64,000 nucleotides of DNA, from positions 256,001 through 320,000 of IMG/VR virus record IMGVR_UViG_3300045988_180880; one strand, given 5' to 3'. Each line of letters starts with the position of its first letter. Position 1 is the stretch's first letter. The DNA comes from a virus. Positions 38,393 through 46,056 of the stretch are shown one piece after another. A model generated the notes under the pieces. That model made no database searches. It was not told the origin of the DNA and was given only the letters and a program-made list of their open reading frames with translations. The position numbers were made by a program, and so were the translations under genes.

Positions 38393-40490
38393 ATGATTAA
38401 TTTCACAGACCATTTTGATCCCACTAAAAATATAGAAAAAGATTTAGCAAAAGTAGATCTTAGGGATCAATACACATCATTAACAGAAGATGAAAAGATA
38501 ATGGTATTTCTTCGTCTCAAAGGATTTACACACAGACCTCCAACGATAGAAAGATTATATTCTGATGATTATTATTTAGGTAGTCAGGAATTTTTTGATC
38601 ATGGAGATGTAATATTTCCTTTTTGGAAAGATGGATTGAAGAGAATTTTTCCAAATGAAGTTACAACAGCAAAACCATTACTCTGTTTGTCAGGAGCTAT
38701 TGGTATAGGTAAGTCTACGGTATCTAAATTAGCTATGACAAATACACTAGCTAGGTTAAGTTGTATGGCTAATCCGTGGAGAACATTTAAATTAGGTAAA
38801 AAACCACTTAGTTTTATCATCTTTCATAGAGATGAAGATGTAGCAAATGCTGAATTTCGAAGATGGATGCTAGATGATGTATTAAAGCAGAGTCCATTTT
38901 TTAGAAATTTACCACACAGACATAATATAAGAATATTAACTTCTGGTCCTAGGGGTAATGTAGTATAAAAAGTTGCCCTCCATATTAAGAAATTATATGG
39001 TAATAAAGTAAGTAAATTCGGTGAAAGGATAATCCCAATACCGAGTCAAGGATCTTAGATAAATCTAAGTAATCTTTGATGTAACGAATAAAGACTTACT
39101 AACTTATATAATTATATAAGTTAAATTTATATTCTAAACTATAATAGAGTATTATAGAAATAGATTGGCAGGTGGACTAGGAACTGACTTGATTTTTGCA
39201 ATCATGTCTGAGGTCAATTTTTGGCCTAACGAAGAAAAAGCCATGGAACGTGTAAATAGTACGTATATTCGTATTACATCTCGTTTTGATGTAAAAGAAA
39301 GTTTAACATTAGCCGGAAATCTAATAATTGATAGTTCTAGTAGAGGTGCAGGTGGTCCAACTGAAATATTTCTTGAGAATGCAGAACCTCAATTTACTTG
39401 GGATTGTAGACCTTCTCATTATGAAGTTAGAAAAAATCTGTACGAACGTTCAAGGGGAATAACTTTCTCAGTTTATACTGGAGATGGTAAATATCCTCCA
39501 AGAATATTAAATAAAAATGATAAAGAAGAGAACTATAAATTAGAAGATGATCAAGACCCTGATAGAGTGGAACATGTACCTATTCAATTATTTGGAGAAT
39601 TTAAATCTGATTTGATTAAAGCTCTTCAAGATAAATCTGGTATTAATACAGGATCATCAGATAGTTTTTTTGGAGGTACTATAGAACACTTATCTAAATG
39701 TTCAACAATAAAGAATAGAATTCCTGAAATTATTACAGTTGATTTTTATGATAAAGAAGATAGGATTATTAATCATGTAGAAAAAATGATTAATCTTATT
39801 CCAAAAGGTACTCCTATATGGCTAGGTCTTGACTTAGGTGTAGTAGATGATACAACTGGAATAGCAGCAGTTAGTTTTGATCATTGGGAAAATATAAATG
39901 GTACTTTAGTTCCTAAGGTTAAATGTCATTTTGTTTTAGGTGTATCTAGGTTAGAAGGACAAGAGACGAGTTTATTTCACATAGAGCAGTTTATAGAAGA
40001 TCTTAACAAGAAATTTAATATTATAGTTAGTGCTGACCAAGCTTTTTCTAAACAAATACTTCAATATTGTGAAAGAGAAGGAATTAGAAATAATGGGAGA
40101 ATTTCTACAGATAATACTCCTTGTGAACCGGCTCTTTATTTGAAGTATATAATAAACAATGAACTTCTTGAAATTCCTGAATATAAAAGATTACAAAGAG
40201 AGGCATATGATTTAAGATATGTTGGTCCAAAACGTAAAGTAGATCATCCTAAAAAAGCATCAATATCTCCATTATTTGATAATCCTGATGGTTCTAAGCC
40301 AGGAAGCAAGGATTTATGGGATGCTTTAGCTTCTAGTGTTTATTCTTTAAAATTATCTATTGATGAAGGAGAAGAGATGGGATATTCTTCAGGAATAGCT
40401 AAACAACTCGAATCTCTTACTAAAATAACAGCGGATCCAAGAGAAGAGTCACAAAAAGAACTTCAAAACATGTTGGAAAATATATTTTAA
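38393..40490 (+). CDS. terL: terminase large subunit, 2 exons
   Basis: join(38393..38956,39168..40490). Walker A SGAIGIGKST is in exon 1. Walker B LIFAIMSE and the RNase H-like nuclease motif WLGLDLGVVDDTTGIAAVS are in exon 2. The junction reads ILTSGPRG-AGGLGTDLIFAIMSE. Confidence 0.8.
38957..39167 (+). ncRNA. class B mini intron (211 nt, group I-like architecture) in terL
   Basis: P1 GGGGU/GCCCU (U.G at the splice site), P2 CCAUAU/AUAUGG, P3 GUAAGU/ACUUAC, proposed P7 GAAUAAA/UUUAUaUUC, P8 AACUUAUAU/AUAUAAGUU, P9 CUAUAAU/AUUAUAG. It ends GAUUG. Confidence 0.65.
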
Positions 40491-40595
40491 GATTCTTTTT
40501 CCATAATATATAATCAATTCCTAGGATGGCCAGAGGAAAGTGGTCTATTGTTCGATCAAGTCCTAGGAACAGAAAAAAAAGAAAAGAGATATATT

Positions 40596-40805
40596 TCAAT
40601 CTCTTTCTTCCATACGTTTTACAAATTCCCATTCTTCTGGAGTAACATAATCCAGAACGCTTTTTGGAATTTCTACTTCTCTATCGTTTAACATTAATTT
40701 AACTTTAACAAATAATTTATTAGGAGTAATATCTACATCAGTTACTACTCCATAAAATCCTGTTTTACGAGATTTAACTTTATCTCCTACTTTTAAATTT
40801 TTCAT
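40596..40805 (-). CDS. small hypothetical protein, lone minus-strand gene in the plus-strand module
   Basis: 69-aa ORF; GDKVKSRKTGFYGVV resembles a KOW/SH3-like beta motif. Confidence 0.45.
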   Translation of the reverse strand: MKNLKVGDKVKSRKTGFYGVVTDVDITPNKLFVKVKLMLNDREVEIPKSVLDYVTPEEWEFVKRMEERD

Positions 40806-40826
40806 AATTTTCTATATTTATTATTA

Positions 40827-40846
40827 CACATATAAGGTTTTTAGAG
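40827..40846 (+). promoter_or_regulatory. promoter-like box CACATATAAGGTTTTTAGAG
   Basis: Ends 3 nt before the ATG at 40850. Confidence 0.4.
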
Positions 40847-40849
40847 CTT

Positions 40850-41218
40850 ATGATAATACTACGAAAACAAAAATATAAAGAACTTCCCTGGACCAAAGAA
40901 AATATAGAAAAATATAAGTCACAGGAGAATATGTTAAAGCACGCAAGAAATACACCAGGAAAAACGGCTGGAAAATTATTAATAAACCCAGCCAAAGATG
41001 AGTTGGTGGGATATATAGCGTGCGAAGAAGATACTATTATTGCTCTAGAAGTTTCTCCGGGGTATAGAGGAAAAGGAATAGCAACTGATTTGATAAATTC
41101 TTCTGGGGCTAATAAACTTACAGTATCAAAGAAAAATATAAATGCGATAAATTTATATAAGAAACTTGGATTTGAAATTATATCAGAAACTCCAAAAATA
41201 TATTTTATGGAGAAATGA
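40850..41218 (+). CDS. N-box GNAT acetyltransferase
   Basis: Starts MIILRKQKYKEL. Contains YRGKGIATDLIN and NLYKKLGFE. Confidence 0.65.
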   Translation: MIILRKQKYKELPWTKENIEKYKSQENMLKHARNTPGKTAGKLLINPAKDELVGYIACEEDTIIALEVSPGYRGKGIATDLINSSGANKLTVSKKNINAINLYKKLGFEIISETPKIYFMEK

Positions 41219-41219
41219 T

Positions 41220-41291
41220 TGAACTATAGTATAATTGGCAATACACCAGATTTTGGTTCTGGGATTTCCTGTTCGAGTCAGGATAGTTCAA
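41220..41291 (+). tRNA. trnQ: tRNA-Gln (anticodon TTG)
   Basis: Acceptor TGAACTA/TAGTTCA, D arm GTAT-aattggca-ATAC, anticodon arm CCAGA-ttTTGgt-TCTGG, T arm TCCTG-ttcgagt-CAGGA. Confidence 0.85.
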
Positions 41292-41322
41292 CGAAAGAAA
41301 ATAATAATAACTAATAAAAACT

Positions 41323-41640
41323 ATGTTGAGAGTTAAAAGATTTAGTAAAGTTACTGATAAAGTTAAAGAAATAGGAAAATCTATTGAACATACAGTAACT
41401 CATCCTAAAGAAACTGGTAAGAAGGTGGTGGAGTATGTAAAGAAACACCCAGATGAAGCTATAATTCTTGGGACATCTGATATTGTTCCTGGAGTTGTTG
41501 CTGCCAAACTTGCAAAAGCTGGAAAAACAAAACAAGCAGCTATCGCAGGAACTATTGCAGCACTTCCTATTGGTGGTGCATATGTATCAGGGAAAATAGC
41601 TATTCGAAAATGGAATGAAAAAAGAAAGAAGAATAAATAG
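41323..41640 (+). CDS. small N-box protein with Gly/Ala hydrophobic segment
   Basis: Starts MLRVKRFSKVTD. Contains AAIAGTIAALPIGGAYVSG. Confidence 0.55.
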   Translation: MLRVKRFSKVTDKVKEIGKSIEHTVTHPKETGKKVVEYVKKHPDEAIILGTSDIVPGVVAAKLAKAGKTKQAAIAGTIAALPIGGAYVSGKIAIRKWNEKRKKNK

Positions 41641-41648
41641 AATAGATT

Positions 41649-41721
41649 CGAGATGTAGTTCAGTAGATAGAACGCTTGGTTTGGGACCAAGAAGTCGCAC
41701 GTTTGAGCCGTGTCATCTCGA
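41649..41721 (+). tRNA. trnP: tRNA-Pro (anticodon TGG)
   Basis: Acceptor CGAGATG/CATCTCG, D stem GTTC/GAAC, anticodon arm CTTGG-ttTGGga-CCAAG, T arm GCACG-tttgagc-CGTGT. Confidence 0.85.
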
Positions 41722-41734
41722 CCTAGATAAATAG

Positions 41735-41862
41735 ACGATGAGATATCGTGGAATTACTAACATGAATTATAAACCTTTAGGAAGAGTAAAAGTCGCGAGT
41801 TACTCTTCCACTACTAAGGATGACATGTTAATAATACAAGGATAGTTTGATATCTCGGGAAG
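41735..41862 (+). promoter_or_regulatory. conserved structured leader, copy D
   Basis: ACGATG-AGATATC ... hairpin GGAAGAGTAA/TTACTCTTCC ... GATATCT-CGGGAAG. It ends 16 nt before the ATG. Confidence 0.6.
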
Positions 41863-41878
41863 CTATAAAATTTAATTC

Positions 41879-43327
41879 ATGATAGATACTAAATTATTAC
41901 CAGTACCTTTAGAGTATTCTTGTCCAATAGTAATGAGAGTAAAACTTCCCAGAAGAAATGATAGTGGGAGATTAAACTATTATACGTATGTTCCAGAATT
42001 AGGTACTTGGGTATTAGAAAAGATGAGAAATTCAGTTTTTAAGAAATTACAAAAATTAAATATAACTTTTAGGGACTGGGAAAATAGATGGTTACTTAAA
42101 TTACAACCATCTGATATGTATTCAGAACTTTGGGTAGATAAAATAATAGAAGTTTATTATAAAGATAAATTACCAAATACAAAAAGTTATATAAAAGATC
42201 AATTATTGTTAGATAATGATTATGTATTTACGGGTGTTATGGTTAAAGAGGATTTAATGGATATATTTATTAAATCTCGGGAGGGTAGTTTTATAGACAT
42301 AGTATATAATTATGATTTAGTACCTAAAATAATCGAAAAACTTACAGATGAAATATGTTTACAGTATTTAAATGATAATAATGAATATGAAAAATACTAT
42401 ACTACGTATTCAGATTTTATTTCAAGAGGGCTAAATTGTAGGTATTATGCTGCTAAACTTAGAAAAATAACGCTTAGTAATAAAGAATATCATTCGAGTA
42501 GATTAAAGACAACAGAAGCTTATATTACAGAATCAAAAGCTAAGTTTGGAGAAAATTCCTTTGAATATTTATCTGAATATACTGGAAGAATTGATAAAAT
42601 GACTTTTAAATGTAATAAGTGCGGAACAACTTTTTCGGTTTTAGCAAAAACACATTTAGAAAGTTCTCATGGTGGGTGTCCAGTTTGTAATACTAATTCT
42701 ATAAAAGAAGATAGAAAGTTTTCTAATCAAGACTTTCAAAATAGGTTGGATAATATTTATGGAATTGGAAAGTATAAGTTAATATCTAACTTTATCAATT
42801 GCAAGACTACTGTGGAAATTTTAGATCTTGAAACAAATACTATATTTAAACAAGATCCAGAGAATTTATTATATCATGGACTTACAGATCCTAGTACTGT
42901 TACTAAATCAAAGGGAGAACGATTAGTAGAGCTTTGGATTAATAAAAATTCAGATAAAATATTGGATTATAAGTGGAATACTAAAGTAAGTGGAATAGAG
43001 GGCAGGTGTAGAGATTATGTTATGATTGATTTTATTATTAACTATGGTGGGAAAACCATATGGATTGAATATAATGGAATTCAGCATTATACATATTTTT
43101 CACTATATCACAAATATGATAAAAATCTTTTTGATGACCAAAAAAGAAGAGATGAAAATGTAAGAATTTATTGCAAACAGAATAATATAATGTTGGTAGA
43201 AATTCCTTACACTATAAGTTCTTTTAAAAGAGTTTCTGAATTTTTAAATAAAGTAGTTTTTGAAAATATTGATCCAAGTACTTTAGTAGATTATAATCTT
43301 TTATATGAAACTACAAAAGGAAAATAA
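41879..43327 (+). CDS. freestanding homing endonuclease: zinc ribbon + Vsr/DUF559-like PD-(D/E)xK domain
   Basis: FKCNKCGTTF...GGCPVCN, then VMIDFIINYGGKTIWIEYNGIQHY...RRDENVRIYCKQNNIMLVEIPY (D...E.NG.QH...R.D...K pattern). Confidence 0.65.
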   Translation: MIDTKLLPVPLEYSCPIVMRVKLPRRNDSGRLNYYTYVPELGTWVLEKMRNSVFKKLQKLNITFRDWENRWLLKLQPSDMYSELWVDKIIEVYYKDKLPNTKSYIKDQLLLDNDYVFTGVMVKEDLMDIFIKSREGSFIDIVYNYDLVPKIIEKLTDEICLQYLNDNNEYEKYYTTYSDFISRGLNCRYYAAKLRKITLSNKEYHSSRLKTTEAYITESKAKFGENSFEYLSEYTGRIDKMTFKCNKCGTTFSVLAKTHLESSHGGCPVCNTNSIKEDRKFSNQDFQNRLDNIYGIGKYKLISNFINCKTTVEILDLETNTIFKQDPENLLYHGLTDPSTVTKSKGERLVELWINKNSDKILDYKWNTKVSGIEGRCRDYVMIDFIINYGGKTIWIEYNGIQHYTYFSLYHKYDKNLFDDQKRRDENVRIYCKQNNIMLVEIPYTISSFKRVSEFLNKVVFENIDPSTLVDYNLLYETTKGK

Positions 43328-43347
43328 TATAAAATTTAAATTGAAAT

Positions 43348-45137
43348 ATGAAATTTATTGCAAAATTGTTTTCGACAATGCTACCTGCATCTGACAGTAG
43401 TATGATACCTCGAGATGTTGCGGAATCTTTCTTTAGTAGCCAAGAGTTTAAACAAGCCTTAGAGGATAGAAAGCTCTTTGGAACATTAACACACTTAGCC
43501 AGAAATCTATCATCTGCCAAAAATGGTGGTCCTGCAGTATCTAAGACTATAGGGAAAGATGATCTCCTTTATTGCTAATAATGAGAGGCATAGATAAAAA
43601 GTTTATGAAAATGTTTTTAATTGCTGGAAAAAATAATAAATTAAATCAGCAAAAATAGATAATAAAATCTATTTCTCAACGACTAGAGTAAACACTAAGA
43701 ATACCGATTAATTCTTAGATAATATAGTCTATTATTGATTTTAAAATCAATTAGGTTAAGTTATTAATTGGCGAAAGTTCACCTACACATGTGTTAACTA
43801 AAGTTTGGTTCGAAAATGACGGCTGGTGCTATGGGGAGTTTGAGGTTCTCTCCGAAGATGGCCTAGACGATGAAGCTATACAAAGAATCAGAAGAGTAAA
43901 GGGCCTTCTTAAAAATGGTTGCAAAATTGGAATTTCCTGTGTCGTTCTTTAATTAACTGAGACTTAAGAAATTCATAAGTTCTTAAGAAAATTTCATAAA
44001 ATGCTGGAAAGGTTAGAATCAAATCAGCATCATCTAGCAGATAGCGAGATGTTCAACGACTAAAGATGGAACCTAGATTTTTAGGATAATATAGTCTAAA
44101 TTTAATAGCAAGCAATATATTAAAAAAAATTGGGATATTGGGAAAATTCTAGCGGAAGTGACTATTTAAAGCGTATGGTTGCGCTAAAAGGGGCTGACCT
44201 TACATTAAACCCTTCTTGGAAAAATGCGGGTATAGTTTCAATTGATGGTTCTGAGAGCGAAAAAACATTCTCTGAACTTGATATAGAGTATGATCCTGAA
44301 GCTTATAAGGATACAAAAATAAAAGTTAAGCAATTTTCTAACTTCGATTCGGGAGATTTATTAAAGTCTTCTAAGATTAATGGAAAGTTTACGCAATTAA
44401 AAGCTAAATCATTTTCATTTAATTCTGAAATAAATTCAATAGAAGATACTATCGTTAGTGAATCTGTAATAGAAGAACCTATTCAAAAAGATTTCTCAGT
44501 TGCTACAGTTAAAGAGAGAGTTAGAATTGGAAAGATGTCCCCTCGCCAAAGATTTCGTCTACTTGTTTTAGAATATAAGCAAGCAGTAAAACAAGCTGGT
44601 GGTTCTGAAAAGATGGATCCAGAAACACTTAAAATCATGAAGTCTTTGTTTACTACAGATCTTTTGGATATTATGAAGTCGATTACACCAGAAATCATGA
44701 ATGGAAAAAATCCAGGAACATTACTTGGTGCTTCTAGTTTAGGTAAGAATGTACGTAAATAATATGCGTTTTTTATATGAATTGCTGGAAATATCTAAAT
44801 GAGATAAATCAGCATCAAATCATACTTAGATAAATCTAAAGAAGTGATTTGTTCAACGACTATGTATATAAACTGTCAAAATAGACAGAAGATATAGTCT
44901 AAATTATAAATAAATTTTATAAATACATTGATAAGTGTACAAAAATTGTTCTTACCATATAAGATGGCTATGTCTGAGGTATCTAAAACTAATGCAATAT
45001 CTAAGGCAAGATATCAAAAAATTCAAGCTGCTTATTCTGACTTTGTTAATGCAATGTTAGAGGAAATATTCGCGCCAAAGAATGGTACGAAGAAAGAAGA
45101 GCCAGTAGAAGAAGAAAACCCTGAAGAAAACAGTTAA
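43348..45137 (+). CDS. prohead protease (HK97/S78-like) with C-terminal scaffold-like extension, 4 exons
   Basis: join(43348..43573,43771..43949,44133..44756,44931..45137). LFGTLTHLARN lies in exon 1. GLLKNGCKIGISCVVL-GYWENS spans the exon 2/3 junction and resembles the Ser-containing ..G.S.G. block. The family call is by eye only. Confidence 0.55.
43574..43770 (+). ncRNA. mini group I intron class A (about 197 nt), protease intron 1
   Basis: P3 UGUUU/AAACA. Core blocks P UAAUUGCUGGAAA, Q AAUCAGCA, R UCAACGACUAGA, S UAAUAUAGUC. P9 is AUUGAUUUU/AAAAUCAAU and it ends UAAUUG. The 5' boundary is ambiguous: P1 is either UUUAUU/GAUAAA (used here) or CUUU/GAGG ending at 43570. Confidence 0.7.
43950..44132 (+). 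ncRNA. mini group I intron class A (183 nt), protease intron 2
   Basis: P1 UCUU/GAGA, P2 CUUAAGAA/UUCUUAAG, P3 UUUCAU/AUGGAA. Core blocks P AAAUGCUGGAAA, Q AAUCAGCA, R UUCAACGACUA, S UAAUAUAGUC. It ends AAAUUG. Confidence 0.85.
44757..44930 (+). ncRNA. mini group I intron class A, P2-less (174 nt), protease intron 3
   Basis: P1 ACGU/GCGU, P3 UAUAU/AUAUA. Core blocks P GAAUUGCUGGAAA, Q AAUCAGCA, R UUCAACGACUA, S AAGAUAUAGUC. It ends ACAUUG. Confidence 0.85.
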
Positions 45138-45143
45138 AAGATT

Positions 45144-46037
45144 ATGAAAGTAGAAAGACGTAAATTATTCTCTTCTTCGATTTCTCCACGGCGCAAGTTA
45201 TTTTCAGGTGGAGTAACTCAGGCAGAATATAAGAAAATTCAGTGTAGAGATTGTGGTTATATTATGGATACTTTAGCCACTACAACTAACTTCTTATGTC
45301 CTAAATGTGGAGCTGTAAATAGATTTAATGTTTTAGAAGTTACACCAAGTCCTGAAAATACTCCTGAAGCTGTACAAGTCGAAGTATCAAAAATTGAAGA
45401 AGTAGAAAAAGGATTCTCAAGACGTTCGTTATTCGGCGGAGATAATAATGCCGCTGTACAAAAAGAATTTTCAGAACCGTCGAACGAATTTGAGGTAAAA
45501 TTAAAAGAATTTTCTGGCAAAACTTTAAATGAATCAGAAGTTGTTAAGGCATTTGGTATTTCCGCCGAAGATTTAGTTGAAAAAGGTTTTGCTAGTATTG
45601 ATGAAGATAATAAAGTTACTATTCCTGAAACTGCATTCTTACAATCTAAATTATTCTCTAAGTTAATCGTATCAGTGACTAAGATTTTGGATTTAGACCC
45701 AATAGAAGGACCTAAGGAAGACATAATTAATATGTTAGAATCTAAAGGATCTTTAGGACCGAAAGGTATAATGCTAATTAAAAAAGCTCATTCTCTTCCA
45801 CTTGAAGAAATGAAAGAAGTTGAGTTCTCTAGCACTGAAGAAGTAGAGGATTGGATTAAAGATTCTGGAATTATTGGAGACTTAAAGATAGAGTTTGGTA
45901 ATTCTGCAATGGGAATTAAAGAATTTACAAAGATCCTAGAAGAGAGATATGATGATGCTCCAGATAATATAATAGATATATTAATTGATCGTGGAGTAAT
46001 CAAAATTCAAGGAAATCAAGTTGATATAATGAAATAA
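45144..46037 (+). CDS. N-box zinc-ribbon protein with repeated K-x-F-S motifs (scaffold-like?)
   Basis: Starts MKVERRKLFSSSISPRRKLFSGG. Contains CRDCGY...CPKCG. Internal motifs: KGFSRRSLFGG, KEFSEP, KEFSGK, KLFSKL, VEFSST. Confidence 0.55.
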   Translation: MKVERRKLFSSSISPRRKLFSGGVTQAEYKKIQCRDCGYIMDTLATTTNFLCPKCGAVNRFNVLEVTPSPENTPEAVQVEVSKIEEVEKGFSRRSLFGGDNNAAVQKEFSEPSNEFEVKLKEFSGKTLNESEVVKAFGISAEDLVEKGFASIDEDNKVTIPETAFLQSKLFSKLIVSVTKILDLDPIEGPKEDIINMLESKGSLGPKGIMLIKKAHSLPLEEMKEVEFSSTEEVEDWIKDSGIIGDLKIEFGNSAMGIKEFTKILEERYDDAPDNIIDILIDRGVIKIQGNQVDIMK

Positions 46038-46056
46038 AATATTTATAAAACTCAGT

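Noticed and set aside
33040-39167. Class B elements as transposon or MITE insertions with target-site duplications
   Set aside because: There are no terminal inverted repeats. The short similarities at the two ends are explained by guide pairing. Removal at U/G boundaries restores the reading frame, which a transposon insertion would not require.
25302-41862. Hammerhead or other small self-cleaving ribozyme in the tRNA-to-endonuclease leader
   Set aside because: CGAUGAG and GGGAAG resemble CUGAUGA and GAAA only loosely: U4 is missing and there is no three-stem junction around them. I could not match the twister, pistol or hatchet cores from memory. The function is left open.
25400-41862. GGGAAG of the leader as a Shine-Dalgarno sequence, or TTGATA...TATAAA as a sigma70 promoter
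   Set aside because: GGGAAG ends 15-19 nt upstream of the ATG, too far for an SD sequence. The TTGATA to TATAAA spacing is about 11 nt, too short for -35/-10.
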